Assembly (NCBI GenBank): GCA_963701015.1
Contig: OY969556.1
Location: 229,186 to 293,185 of the forward strand
DNA length: 64,000 nucleotides
Source of the DNA: an uncultured Bacteroidota bacterium
GTDB taxonomy: Bacteria; Bacteroidota; Bacteroidia; Bacteroidales; DTGW01
Reading direction: 5' to 3'
The translations under genes and the position numbers were made by a program. Below the pieces are notes generated by a model. The model was not told the DNA's origin and made no database searches. It was given only the letters and a program-made list of their open reading frames with translations. Below, piece by piece: positions 32,976 through 43,772 of this stretch. Position 1 is the first letter of the stretch; every line of letters starts with the position of its first letter.

Positions 32976-33356
32976 ATGAAAGATGTAATTAAAAAATTAA
33001 AGTTTAAAGCTAATGGAGTTGTTATAAATGCTCCATCAGCAATTGAAAATGAATTTGTAAAGCTTGGGTTCTCTACTTCTTTTGACAAAAATTCATTAAG
33101 TGAAAATACCCTATTGTTTGTAAATAATAAAAAGGAGTTTCTTGACTTTTTAACTAACCAATTAAAAAATATTTTACCCGATAGTATATTTTGGATAGCT
33201 TATCCTAAAGGTGGTTCTAAAATAAAGGTAGATATTAACCGGGATACAATTCGGGTAACCGCTGAAGGATTTGGTATTGCAACTGTGACAGCAATTTCTA
33301 TTGATGAAACTTGGAGTGCATTACGTTTCAGACCTATTGAAAAAGTCGGGAAATAG
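32976..33356 (+). CDS. Hypothetical protein (WIAYPK...INRD...WSALRF family)
   Basis: Motif pattern seen in DUF3052/YdeI-associated proteins. Confidence 0.65.
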   Translation: MKDVIKKLKFKANGVVINAPSAIENEFVKLGFSTSFDKNSLSENTLLFVNNKKEFLDFLTNQLKNILPDSIFWIAYPKGGSKIKVDINRDTIRVTAEGFGIATVTAISIDETWSALRFRPIEKVGK

Positions 33357-33382
33357 TAATTGATAAAAAACAAAACAACTAC

Positions 33383-33517
33383 TACCAACAGGTGCATTGT
33401 TGTTTAGTCTGTGCACTGAACAAAAGTGTTCTGATTTAGTTTATGATTTTGCCCAACAATAAATAGACAATACATATTTTTAAATTCCACCATAACAAAA
33501 TTGCCTGAACGTAAAGT
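33383..33517 (+). repeat. Degenerate attC-like site (divergent type)
   Basis: TACCAAC-aggtgcattgttg ... cataacaaaattgcct-gaac-GTAAAGT; 135 bp; arms partly complementary. Confidence 0.35.
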
Positions 33518-33540
33518 TAACAATCAATCAACAATAAGTT

Positions 33541-34098
33541 ATGACAACAGACGAATTTAAAGTGACAATCCATATGGTTTCAAGTATCGACGGAATTATT
33601 GCCAAAAAAGACAATGATGTTTCGTGGTTTGAAACATCAAGCAATTATGAAAAAGGAATCACCGAACAAAACCCTGAAGAATTTCTTAAACCAATTGAAT
33701 GTTATATAATGGGGTCTCGGACTTATGAACTTGCTTTGGAACTCTCAAAGTCTTATGGATGGGCTTATGGAGAGAAACCAACAGTAGTATTAACTAATAG
33801 AATTCTTCCAAAAAATCGAAAAAATATTGAGTTTTATTCGGGCGACTTGACCAAACTTGTAAACGAACAATTGAAACCAAAATATAAAAATGTATGGGTT
33901 GTTGGTGGTTCTATCCTTGCCAAAGATTTTATTCAACAAAAATTAGTTGACGAAATTAGAATAAGTATTTTGCCGATTATTTTAGGTGATGGGCTTTTAT
34001 ATTTTGACCACATAGGACAAGAACAAGTATTACATCTTAAAAACACTACAGCTTATAAAAATGGAATGATAGAATTGCTTTACGAAATAAAAAAATAA
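33541..34098 (+). CDS. Dihydrofolate reductase-like (RibD C-terminal) protein
   Basis: SSIDGIIA, MGSRTY, WVVGG, LVDEI...PIILGDG. Confidence 0.85.
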   Translation: MTTDEFKVTIHMVSSIDGIIAKKDNDVSWFETSSNYEKGITEQNPEEFLKPIECYIMGSRTYELALELSKSYGWAYGEKPTVVLTNRILPKNRKNIEFYSGDLTKLVNEQLKPKYKNVWVVGGSILAKDFIQQKLVDEIRISILPIILGDGLLYFDHIGQEQVLHLKNTTAYKNGMIELLYEIKK

Positions 34099-34120
34099 GA
34101 ATGACAGAAGTAAATACTGC

Positions 34121-34251
34121 CTGTATCTTCGACTCAAACTCAATACGTGTTATAGATGTTTCACAAGTTCAGTGTTTTCAAATTATATTAGTGTAGCAGT
34201 ATTTATTCTGCAAGTTATTCTCACACTTTGCATTGCAGAGGAACGATTGCG
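34121..34251 (+). repeat. Degenerate attC-like site
   Basis: Shares caagttcagtg...aattata...tag...tgcaagt core with 43572/47002/54194; ends CTGTATC and GATTGCG are mutated. Confidence 0.6.
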
Positions 34252-34280
34252 AATATTATTTAGATGACATCAATTTCAAT

Positions 34281-36164
34281 ATGAAAAAAATTAATTTATT
34301 AAACAATGGGATTCCGATTTCTCCTTCATTAAGCCCAACTTTAGAGGCAGAAGATTTTGAACCAAGAATAGGAGAAAACAAAAAAAGACTTCTGATAGTT
34401 TCATTTGTTGCTTTTTTAATTGCAGCATCCATGAGTTTTATTGCAAAGTTTTTGGTTCTACTTATTGATTTATTCACCAATATATCATTTCATGGAATTT
34501 TTTCATTTTCACATTCAACTCCTGTCACAAATTCACTCGGAATTTTTGTAGTAATAATTCCTGTTATTGGAGGAATTATAGTTGGTTTGATGGCGCTCTA
34601 TGGCTCAAAAGCGATACGTGGACATGGTATTCCAGAAGCAATGGAGCAGATTCTAACCAATGAAAGCAAAATAAAACCTACAATAACTTATTTAAAGCCA
34701 CTTTCCTCTGCAATAGCAATAGGAACAGGTGAGCCATTCGGAGCAGAAGGCCCTATCATTGCCACAGGCGGAGCCCTGGGTTCTACCATCGGACAGCTAT
34801 TAAAAATATCTCATAATGAACGAAAAATATTATTGGCTGCTGGAGCAACAGCAGGAATGGCTGCAATTTTTGGGAGTCCGGTTGCAGCAATTTTCTTAGC
34901 AATCGAATTATTATTATTTGAATTTTCGCCACGTTCACTTATTCCTGTTGCAATTGCATGTATTGTTGGTGCTGCTGGTCATCATCTGTTATTCGGGCAA
35001 GAACCTGTTTTTAGGATGAATTCAATATCAATACCATCAAACAAATCTCTTTTAGTTTATAGTATAATGGGTGTTATTATAGGAGTTCTTTCTGTCGGGG
35101 TTAGCAAATCAGTTTATTTTGTTGAAGAAGTATTTGAAAAAATTCCTGTTCACTGGATGTGGTGGCCTGCTATAGGTGGACTATTGGTTGGAATGGTCGG
35201 TTATTTAGCTCCTCGTACTCTCGGAGTTGGATACGAAAACATTACGGATGTTCTTTCTGGTAGCTTAACAATGCAGGTAATTTTATCATTGTTTCTTTTA
35301 AAATTTATTTCTTGGGCAATTGCATTGGGTAGTGGAACTTCCGGAGGAACTTTAGCTCCATTACTTACAATTGGCGGTGCGGCAGGAGCATTATTGGGAA
35401 TTGAGATAATTAAATTCTTTCCTCAATTTGGTATTACAATTCCACTTGCAGCCTTGGTAGGTATGGCTTCTATGTTTGCTGGCGCATCAAGAGCATTATT
35501 GACTTCAATTATTTTTGCTTTGGAAACAACTTCTCAGTCTAACGCTTTACTTCCTCTCCTTGGTGCCTGTCTTGGATCTTATTTAGTTTCTTTTTTTCTA
35601 ATGGAGAACACAATTATGACAGAAAAAATTGCTCGAAGGGGTGTTAAAACTCCACACTCATATGAACCCGATATATTGGAAAGACTAACAGTTGACCAGG
35701 TTATCAATGATTTTGAAATAGTATTTAATGAAGATGATAGCATAAAGAAAGTAATAGAATGGTTAAGTCAAGAAATAAACTATCAGTCAAATTATTTTGT
35801 TATTTCAAATATTGATGGAGAATATAAGGGAATACTGAGTTCTTCAATTTTATTTAACAACCAGAATTTTTTGGAAAATAAAATCGGAACATTATTAAAG
35901 AGCAATAACGCATCTGTAAGGTTAAAAGACACACTCCGAATTGCTGCTGAAATTATGGCGAAAGAAAATATTGATGTTTTGCCGGTTGTTGAAGAAAACA
36001 ATATCGTTGGCATTGTGTCCTATCGTGACATTCTTGCATCATACAAACATAGGACTGACAATCATGAAATGAAAAAGCCTCACATTTCATTTAAACGGGA
36101 AGGCTTAAAAATATTAATACGTGGAAAGAAAATGGTTTCTGTCATGAAACGAAAAGACAAATAG
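34281..36164 (+). CDS. ClC chloride channel family protein with CBS domains
   Basis: GHGIPE, GAEGP, GTSGG motifs; C-terminal CBS pair; start set to ATG 34281. Confidence 0.9.
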   Translation: MKKINLLNNGIPISPSLSPTLEAEDFEPRIGENKKRLLIVSFVAFLIAASMSFIAKFLVLLIDLFTNISFHGIFSFSHSTPVTNSLGIFVVIIPVIGGIIVGLMALYGSKAIRGHGIPEAMEQILTNESKIKPTITYLKPLSSAIAIGTGEPFGAEGPIIATGGALGSTIGQLLKISHNERKILLAAGATAGMAAIFGSPVAAIFLAIELLLFEFSPRSLIPVAIACIVGAAGHHLLFGQEPVFRMNSISIPSNKSLLVYSIMGVIIGVLSVGVSKSVYFVEEVFEKIPVHWMWWPAIGGLLVGMVGYLAPRTLGVGYENITDVLSGSLTMQVILSLFLLKFISWAIALGSGTSGGTLAPLLTIGGAAGALLGIEIIKFFPQFGITIPLAALVGMASMFAGASRALLTSIIFALETTSQSNALLPLLGACLGSYLVSFFLMENTIMTEKIARRGVKTPHSYEPDILERLTVDQVINDFEIVFNEDDSIKKVIEWLSQEINYQSNYFVISNIDGEYKGILSSSILFNNQNFLENKIGTLLKSNNASVRLKDTLRIAAEIMAKENIDVLPVVEENNIVGIVSYRDILASYKHRTDNHEMKKPHISFKREGLKILIRGKKMVSVMKRKDK

Positions 36165-36202
36165 TAGGGTTTCAAGAAGAGGATACCGCTGCAAAGTACT
36201 AA

Positions 36203-36301
36203 AAATTGAATGAAATTGAATGAAATTGAATGAAATTGAATGAAATTGAATGAAATTGAATGAAATTGAATGAAATTGAATGAAATTGAATGAAATTGAA
36301 T
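36203..36301 (+). repeat. Perfect tandem repeat (TGAAATTGAA)x9 plus a partial unit
   Basis: Directly visible at 36211-36300; overlaps the GNAT start codon. Confidence 0.97.
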
Positions 36302-36796
36302 AATAAAAAAATACTGATTCGACTAGCAAAACTGAACGACCTTACTGCATTACAAGAGCTTTTTGTTGATACAATTGAAGCTGTTTGCCGTAACCATTAT
36401 TCGCCGGAACAAATTGCAGTTTGGACTTCATCAATTGAAAATACACAACGTTGGACTGATAAATTGGTGAAACAATATTTCATTATTGCAGAAATCGACA
36501 ACAAGATAGTTGGATTTGCTTCGTTAGAAAATAATGAATATTTAGACTTTATGTATGTTCACAAAGATTATCAAAGACAAGGTATTGCAGATAATCTTTA
36601 CTCGGAAATATTAGCCAAAGCAATTAAACACGGTACAACATTATTGACATCTGATGTTAGTATTACGGCCAGGCCATTTTTTGAGAAAAAAGGATTTAAA
36701 CTAATAGCAGAACAAAAAATTAACATCAAAGGTGTTGAAGTTATTAACTTTAAAATGACTTTAGAATTGAAATTAGAAAAAACAAAGAATTCCTAA
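36290..36796 (+). CDS. GNAT-family N-acetyltransferase (YafP-like)
   Basis: YVHKDYQRQGIA acetyl-CoA motif, SITARPFFEKKGF; stop codon lies inside a TCCTAAC R''-like box. Confidence 0.88.
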   Translation: MKLNNKKILIRLAKLNDLTALQELFVDTIEAVCRNHYSPEQIAVWTSSIENTQRWTDKLVKQYFIIAEIDNKIVGFASLENNEYLDFMYVHKDYQRQGIADNLYSEILAKAIKHGTTLLTSDVSITARPFFEKKGFKLIAEQKINIKGVEVINFKMTLELKLEKTKNS

Positions 36797-36966
36797 CACT
36801 GTATTTATTGGTTTCAGAGGCAAACCGAGCCCACCGCTCGCTTTTTTCTCAGATGGGTCTCTCTAAGAAGACCCTGATGCAAGGCAATATAGCTTAGGAA
36901 AGTGCTGCTTAACAAATGTGCATCAGTCATGGATTGTGCTGTAAAGCTTGCCTATAATCTTATACT

Positions 36967-37422
36967 TTATTTTCCTGTATTGGCATTATTTGGGAAACTT
37001 ACTCCTGGCCCAAAGAAACATTCATTTTCTATTATTTTACCATCTTTAAATTTAAAACGCTCGGTGTTCCGAAATAATTTGTTGTCTGTAGTCCAGCCAT
37101 TGTATGTAACATAGGCACAATCTCCGTCAATTATAACCTTTTCAAGGTCAAACTTTTTGGTTTTATAGGCATTGGGCCAACACCTTTCCTTGTATAGCTT
37201 TAAACCAATGTGATTATCACCTGCCGGACTGCTGAACGTAAACCCTTTTGCAAGAATAGGTTCCATTAAACCCCAATCCTTCTGCTCATATGCCCTGTAA
37301 TAATCATTAATCATTTGCCGGGCAGAGGTATTCTTATTCAAACTGGTACAATTGCTGCAAAGCAATACCAAGCTGATTGATAAAAAGAATATAGTTCCGT
37401 TTTTTATAAATACATTTTTCAT
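36967..37422 (-). CDS. SnoaL/NTF2-like lipoprotein
   Basis: Signal peptide with Cys; YYRAYEQKDW, FTFSSP, FRNTERFKFKDGKI. Confidence 0.75.
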   Translation of the reverse strand: MKNVFIKNGTIFFLSISLVLLCSNCTSLNKNTSARQMINDYYRAYEQKDWGLMEPILAKGFTFSSPAGDNHIGLKLYKERCWPNAYKTKKFDLEKVIIDGDCAYVTYNGWTTDNKLFRNTERFKFKDGKIIENECFFGPGVSFPNNANTGK

Positions 37423-37763
37423 TTTTTATAGTATTATATTTTGCCATCAAAAAATGTTAGTGAATTATATCATTTCAATAACTTTAATTTAGGACAATAT
37501 AGTTTTAATTTCCCCTTATACTCAATTTGATATTTTATAGAATAGTAATTAGGAGTAATAACTATTGAATGTCTGCTTATATCTATTCTATTGTTTTCGG
37601 TTGCCATACACTTATTTTTATCCATTCCTGTGAGTGCCATTAAGTGAAATTGCATGGTTATGTCCAGTTATTAATTCAAGATAACAATTTTTTAATCAAA
37701 TAATGCAGTGTAAAAAACATCGTGTAACTTTGATAGCGTTTTAATTCATAAAAATAAAATGCA

Positions 37764-40430
37764 GTGAAATCAGGCAAGCGAATATCTACTATATCCCATG
37801 GGAAAAAATCATCAACAAAATTGAATAGTAATATTTTTCCTATAGTCGGAATTGGTGCTTCAGCGGGTGGGTTGGAAGCTTTGGAACAATTTTTCGAAAA
37901 TATGCCTTCTAACAATGGAATGGCTTTTGTAGTAATCCAGCACCTCGATCCTAAATATCCCGGTATTTTGCCAGAGCTTTTGCAACGTATAACACCTATG
38001 AAAGTGCAACAAGTGACCGATCTTCTTAAAGTAAAACCCGATTGTGTATATGTAATTCCTCCTAACAAAAGCCTTTCTATACTTAATGGAGCGCTGCATT
38101 TGTTTGCCCCGGTTGAAACACATGGTTTACGTTTGCCAATTGATACATTTTTAAGATCTCTGGCAGATGACAGGCACGAAAAAAGTGTAGCTATTATTCT
38201 CTCTGGTATGGGCTCTGATGGTTTTTTAGGAGTTAAAGCTATTAAAGAAAAAAATGGCACAGTGTTGGTGCAGGAACCTTCCACGGCCAAATTCAATGGA
38301 ATGCCAAACAGTGTTATTGAAGCTGTATTTCCCGATATTATTGCTCCTGCTAACGAATTAGCCATTAAACTTGTCGATTATATGAAATTTGTTCCCTCTA
38401 TTAAAATAAGCAGGGAATTAAATAATAAACATAAAAGCAATATTGATAAAATTATTATTTTGCTCCGCCAACAAACGGGTCACGACTTTTCATTGTATAA
38501 GAAAACTACCTTATTTCGCCGCATAGAACGACGCAAAGGCATTCACCAATTAGATAAGATACAGAATTACGTCCGCTTTTTACAGGAAAATCCTAAGGAA
38601 ACCGAGATACTTTTCAAAGAATTGCTCATTGGTGTTACCAGTTTTTTCCGCGATACTATTGTTTGGCAAACGCTCCGGAATGACATTTTACCTGCACTAA
38701 TAAACCAAATGCCCGACGGCAAAGTTATGCGGGCATGGGTGGCGGCTTGTTCTACCGGTGAAGAAGCATACTCCTTGGCAATTGTTTTTAAGGAGGCATT
38801 GGAAAAAGTTAAAAAGTATAAAAATATATCGTTGCAGATATTCGCAACCGATCTTGATCAGGATTCAATTGATAAGGCGCGTAAAGGTGTATTTCATCCA
38901 AACATTATTGCTGATGTGTCGTCCGAACGCCTTAACCGTTTTTTCATCAAAGAAGCGCATGGATATAGGGTGAATAATGCCATACGTGAAATGATAGTGT
39001 TTGCTCCACATGATATTATTAAGGACCCGCCTTTTACGAAACTCAATATACTAACATGCCGTAATATGCTCATATATATGGAGCCTGAATTACAGAATAA
39101 ACTCATTAGCATGTTTAATTACAGCCTTCTGCCAAATGGTATATTAACGATAGGCACTGCTGAATCACTTGGTACAAAAAAACTAGGATTCATTGAAATT
39201 GATAACAAATTGAAAATTTATAAACGTACTGCAAATATTGATTCACCAGCTCTGATTGATTTTCCCAGCACCTTCAATCGACAAAAAATAAAGAGCAATC
39301 AAAAGAAAGCACCCATGAAAATAGTTGATAATATCCAGAACATTGCCGACCAGATTTTGCTTCAACGCTTTTCACCTGCCAGTGTATTGGTTAACGACAA
39401 AGGCGACATTATATATATAACAGGACGTACCGGAAAGTACCTCGAACCGGTTGCCGGAAAAGCCAACTGGAACATTTTTGCCATGGCACGTGAAGGCTTG
39501 CGTGAGGAGTTACCCGGAGCTTTTCGAAAAGCTATGCAAAACTTCGACCCAGTAATTGTGCATAATATAAAAGTTGAAGATAACGGGGAAATACAATTTA
39601 TTGATTTGAAAATACAACGTATAGAAGCCCCCGATGCTATCAAAGGAATGATTATGTTAGTATTTACAGATATCTCCGCTCCTGCTAAACTTCAGGCAAC
39701 CATATCCAAATCAGGAAAAAGAGGATCAACTTTAGCAATGAAAGAATTAGAAAATGAGCTACAACGGAATCACGAAGAACTTCAAATTACACGTGAGGAG
39801 ATGCAGACATCGCAGGAGGAATTGAAATCGACTAACGAGGAATTACAATCAACCAATGAAGAATTGCAATCGACCAACGAGGAATTGCAATCAGCCAATG
39901 AAGAATTGCAATCGACCAACGAAGAACTCATTACCTCAAAGGACGAAATGAAACGGTTAAACGAAGAATTGCACACAGTTAATTTAGAGCTACAAAGCAA
40001 AGTGAGTGATTTTACATTAGCTAGCAGCGATATGAAAAACTTACTCAACAGTACCGAAATTGGAATTCTATTTCTAGATAAGAATTTGAATATTCGCAGG
40101 TTCACAAATCCAATTACCAAAATATTTAAAATCCGCTGTACCGATATTGGCCGACCATTTACCGAACTGGTGAGCGTTCTGAAGTACCCCCATATTGATA
40201 ATCATGCCCTTCAGGTACTCAAAACACTAATACCCATTGAAACTTCAATAGCAACTGACAATGGTAATTGGTTTACTATTCGTATTTTGCCCTACCGAAC
40301 GGTTGATGATCGAATCGATGGACTCGTTATTACATTTAACGATATAACAGTTGCGAAAAAATTGGAAATTGAACTTAAAAAAGCAAGTATTGAAATACAG
40401 AACCTGGGAAAAGTTAACAGAAAAAAATAA
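37764..40430 (+). CDS. CheB/CheR fusion protein with PAS and coiled-coil regions
   Basis: GIGASAGG and ILSGMGSDG (CheB); VTSFFRD, CSTGEEAYS, CRNMLIY (CheR); EELQSTN heptads. Confidence 0.92.
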   Translation: MKSGKRISTISHGKKSSTKLNSNIFPIVGIGASAGGLEALEQFFENMPSNNGMAFVVIQHLDPKYPGILPELLQRITPMKVQQVTDLLKVKPDCVYVIPPNKSLSILNGALHLFAPVETHGLRLPIDTFLRSLADDRHEKSVAIILSGMGSDGFLGVKAIKEKNGTVLVQEPSTAKFNGMPNSVIEAVFPDIIAPANELAIKLVDYMKFVPSIKISRELNNKHKSNIDKIIILLRQQTGHDFSLYKKTTLFRRIERRKGIHQLDKIQNYVRFLQENPKETEILFKELLIGVTSFFRDTIVWQTLRNDILPALINQMPDGKVMRAWVAACSTGEEAYSLAIVFKEALEKVKKYKNISLQIFATDLDQDSIDKARKGVFHPNIIADVSSERLNRFFIKEAHGYRVNNAIREMIVFAPHDIIKDPPFTKLNILTCRNMLIYMEPELQNKLISMFNYSLLPNGILTIGTAESLGTKKLGFIEIDNKLKIYKRTANIDSPALIDFPSTFNRQKIKSNQKKAPMKIVDNIQNIADQILLQRFSPASVLVNDKGDIIYITGRTGKYLEPVAGKANWNIFAMAREGLREELPGAFRKAMQNFDPVIVHNIKVEDNGEIQFIDLKIQRIEAPDAIKGMIMLVFTDISAPAKLQATISKSGKRGSTLAMKELENELQRNHEELQITREEMQTSQEELKSTNEELQSTNEELQSTNEELQSANEELQSTNEELITSKDEMKRLNEELHTVNLELQSKVSDFTLASSDMKNLLNSTEIGILFLDKNLNIRRFTNPITKIFKIRCTDIGRPFTELVSVLKYPHIDNHALQVLKTLIPIETSIATDNGNWFTIRILPYRTVDDRIDGLVITFNDITVAKKLEIELKKASIEIQNLGKVNRKK

Positions 40431-40559
40431 TTATTATAAGTCAAATACTATGAACAATTAATAAAGTTAACAGTTTAGATAAATGCAAATGCGATAGGAT
40501 ATATTCATAGGAAAATAATTTTCTATAGATTGGGTTTCGGTTTTTAATTAGGTTATGCA

Positions 40560-41822
40560 ATGAAAAAAATCAAAGCACAATTAGGCATCCCAATCTTACG
40601 CACACAAGCGGAACTGATTCTTACAAAGAACCCAATAATGATTTCTTCAGAACTTTCAGAAGTTGGTGAACTCAAACTTATTCACGAACTTGAGGTTCAC
40701 CAGATTGAACTGGAATTACAAAATGAAGAACTCATTCGGGCGAAGGAAGCTGAAAAGGACGCGATTGAATTGTATGATTTTGCTCCCACGGGTTATTTTA
40801 CACTTTCACCAAATGGTGATATTATTGGGTTAAACCTCAATGCCGCATATATGCTTGGTATGGAACGGTCAGCTTTAATTCATAGCAGGTTTCTGCTTTT
40901 CCTATCAATTGATACAAAAGAAATATTCAATCATTTTCTCGAAAGTATTTTTCTCAAAAGGGTTAAAGAGTCTTGTGAAGTAACCATTTCAATTTCAGAC
41001 AAACCGCCAATTTTTGTTAGTCTTACCGGAATTGCTGATTATAACCATGAAAAATGTTTTATTACTGCAACTGATATTACTGAGCGTGAACTCGCTGAGG
41101 AAATTATCAAAATCAGAAACCATCAGCTAGTATTGGCCGATGCCCAAAAAGATCGTTTCATATCTATTCTCGCGCACGATTTAAAAAATCCGTTTGCTTC
41201 AATTCTTGGTTTTTTAGATTTATTGATCGAAAACATTAATGAATATCCTCAGGATAAAATTGAAGAACAACTTTCCATCATTTACCAATCGTCTCAAAAT
41301 GTATTTAAACTTCTCGAAAATTTATTACAATGGTCGCAGACGCAAAGGGGCAAATTAATTTGCGATCCACAAAGCATAAATTTTACTACTATTTGTGATG
41401 AAGTTATTAATAACCTAAGCCTTAATGCAAAGAACAAAAGCATAAATATTGATTATTCCGAAACAAATAATTTAACCGTTTTTGCAGATGCAAATCTTTT
41501 AAAAACTGTGATGCGAAACCTGGTATCAAATGCAATAAAATTTACCAATACCGGTGGAACAATCAATATTTCAGGTATAAGCGACTCCTCAAATGTAACA
41601 ATATCTGTTGCAGATAATGGAATAGGAATAGCTGCTGAAAATATACCTAAATTGTTTGACGCATCGCTAACACATTTAAAAATAGGCACAGCTAATGAAA
41701 AGGGAACAGGTTTGGGATTGTTTCTTTGTAAAAAATTTATAGAGAAACATTGTGGTAAAATATGGGTTGAAAGCGAATTAAATATAGGGACTACGTTCAG
41801 GTTTACGTTACCAGTGGAATAA
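40560..41822 (+). CDS. PAS-domain sensor histidine kinase
   Basis: AHDLKNP H-box, NLVSNAIKF, DNGIG, GTGLGL. Confidence 0.92.
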   Translation: MKKIKAQLGIPILRTQAELILTKNPIMISSELSEVGELKLIHELEVHQIELELQNEELIRAKEAEKDAIELYDFAPTGYFTLSPNGDIIGLNLNAAYMLGMERSALIHSRFLLFLSIDTKEIFNHFLESIFLKRVKESCEVTISISDKPPIFVSLTGIADYNHEKCFITATDITERELAEEIIKIRNHQLVLADAQKDRFISILAHDLKNPFASILGFLDLLIENINEYPQDKIEEQLSIIYQSSQNVFKLLENLLQWSQTQRGKLICDPQSINFTTICDEVINNLSLNAKNKSINIDYSETNNLTVFADANLLKTVMRNLVSNAIKFTNTGGTINISGISDSSNVTISVADNGIGIAAENIPKLFDASLTHLKIGTANEKGTGLGLFLCKKFIEKHCGKIWVESELNIGTTFRFTLPVE

Positions 41823-41846
41823 AATTGCTTTAAAATAATAAGAGCA

Positions 41847-43553
41847 ATGAGAAAAACGAAAGTTAAAGAAACCGAAACAATAACCCTTCGAAATAAAGCT
41901 GAACAAATGCTTAAAGAAGGGCCTTTAAGAATAGCCTCGGAGTATTCCCAATTTGATATATTGAAACTCATTCATGAGTTACAGGTTTACCATATTGAAT
42001 TGCAATTACAGAACGAAGAACTGTTGCTGGCCCATGAACAGGGTATGGTTGCAATTCAAAAATATACCGATTTATACGAATTTGCTCCTATAGGTTATTT
42101 TACTATTTCCTCTGATGGTAAAATAAATGAGCTTAATAAGAGTGGCTCTCAAATGCTCGGAAAAGAGCGATCACAGATAATTGATGCAAGGTTTGACTCA
42201 TTTGTATCATACAATTCAAAATCTACCTTTTCCATGTTTCTTGAAAATGTATTTAGTAGCAATACTATGGAAACTTGCGAATTAAGTTTAACCACTTCGG
42301 GGAAAATACCAATTTATGTTTACGTTACAGCCCTGGCAGAAGAAAATAAAAATTTTTGTCGCCTCACAATGGCAGATATCACCCAGCGCAGGCAAACAGA
42401 AATTGAGCTGATAAAAGCCAAAGAACATGCTGAAGAAAGTGACCGCTTAAAATCTGCATTCCTTCAAAATATAAGTCACGAAATTAGAACGCCTATGAAT
42501 GGTATCATGGGTTTTTCCAAATTAATAACCAAAAATTACAACAACAAGCAGAAACTCGAACAATTCGCTCATATAATAGACCAGCGATGCACTGATTTGC
42601 TCGATATAATAACTGACATACTCGATATTGCCAAAATAGAATCGGGGCAAATAAGTGTTCACATACAGGAATGTAACTTAAACGATTTATTTGATGAATT
42701 AGGTTCCTTTTTTAAAGAATACCAGAAACGCATTGACAAACACCATATAGAATTCAAACTTCAAGTTCATTGCAATGTTTCAAATAAAATTATATTAACC
42801 GATAAAGTTAAGTTGCGGCAAATATTCATCAACTTAATTACAAATGCATTTAAATTTACCGATAAAGGTACAATCGAAGGTGGCTGCACAATTGATGACC
42901 AAAATAAACTTGTATTTTATTTATCCGACACGGGTATAGGCATTCCACCTGACAAACACGAACAAATTTTCAAACGATTCGCACAATTGAGCCAAGGTCA
43001 AAGTCGTTTATTTGGCGGCACAGGTTTGGGTCTGTCAATTGTTAATGGATTGGTGAACTTATTAGGTGGGAAAATATGGCTCGAATCGGAACTCGGTAAG
43101 GGAACTAAATTTTCATTTACTATTCCCGTTCAAACAATGCATCAAATATTGGCTGAACCTATAATTAGTGATGTACCCAGGTATTTCGAATTTAGTGATA
43201 AAACTATTCTTCTTGTGGAGGACGAAGACTACAATGCTGCCTTTATGAAGGAAATACTTTCCGATTCAGAAATAAATATTATATATGCTGAATTAGGTGC
43301 CGATGCTATTCAAATAGCCAAAACGCAATTCCTCGATTTAATTTTAATGGACATTCGTTTACCTGATATGGATGGATTTGAAGTTATGCGGCAAATAAAA
43401 CAACATAATCCGGAAATAAAAATTATTGTCCAATCAGCATATGCCGCCGCTGAAGATATACAAAAGGCATCTGATGCCGGATCGGTTGACTATATATGTA
43501 AACCCATTGATCCCGATATACTATTAACTATGCTAAATAAACATTTAGCATAA
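41847..43553 (+). CDS. PAS-domain hybrid histidine kinase/response regulator
   Basis: SHEIRTPMN, GTGLGL, C-terminal receiver LMDIRLPDMDG...KP. Confidence 0.92.
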   Translation: MRKTKVKETETITLRNKAEQMLKEGPLRIASEYSQFDILKLIHELQVYHIELQLQNEELLLAHEQGMVAIQKYTDLYEFAPIGYFTISSDGKINELNKSGSQMLGKERSQIIDARFDSFVSYNSKSTFSMFLENVFSSNTMETCELSLTTSGKIPIYVYVTALAEENKNFCRLTMADITQRRQTEIELIKAKEHAEESDRLKSAFLQNISHEIRTPMNGIMGFSKLITKNYNNKQKLEQFAHIIDQRCTDLLDIITDILDIAKIESGQISVHIQECNLNDLFDELGSFFKEYQKRIDKHHIEFKLQVHCNVSNKIILTDKVKLRQIFINLITNAFKFTDKGTIEGGCTIDDQNKLVFYLSDTGIGIPPDKHEQIFKRFAQLSQGQSRLFGGTGLGLSIVNGLVNLLGGKIWLESELGKGTKFSFTIPVQTMHQILAEPIISDVPRYFEFSDKTILLVEDEDYNAAFMKEILSDSEINIIYAELGADAIQIAKTQFLDLILMDIRLPDMDGFEVMRQIKQHNPEIKIIVQSAYAAAEDIQKASDAGSVDYICKPIDPDILLTMLNKHLA

Positions 43554-43571
43554 ATTATAAACAATAAGAGG

Positions 43572-43701
43572 CTGTTTCATCGGCTCATATAAAATGCGGG
43601 TTATAGCGGTTTGCAAGTTCAGTGCTTTCTAATTATATTTGTTTAGTGGTATTTTTCTGCAAATAAATCACGCACGCACGTGAAGCCGCAAACTTTTAGT
43701 G
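43572..43701 (+). repeat. attC-like site (both ends mutated)
   Basis: CTGTTTC-atcggctcatataaaaTGCGGG ... CACGCA...gaagccgcaaact-TTTAGTG; 130 bp. Confidence 0.7.
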
Positions 43702-43772
43702 GTCATTGTAACAGACAACCAAGTAGACATGAAAAACAACAATAAATAATCACAATTTAAAAATCAAGCAGT

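Noticed and set aside
34233-34280. Longer ORF-track starts for ClC (34233), the 48115 ORF and the ATPase (54242)
   Set aside because: These extensions begin inside the attC-like or long repeats; ATGs at 34281, 48160 and 54350 are more plausible.
36114-36329. Minus-strand ORF with FNFIQFHSIS repeats
   Set aside because: By-product of the 10-bp microsatellite; overlaps two real genes.
37676-38365. 229-aa antisense ORF (and similar shadow ORFs at 41453, 59101 and elsewhere)
   Set aside because: Antisense to well-supported genes, with no recognisable motifs.
39790-39930. 21-bp repeats inside cheBR
   Set aside because: They encode the EELQSTN coiled-coil heptads normal for CheB/CheR fusions.
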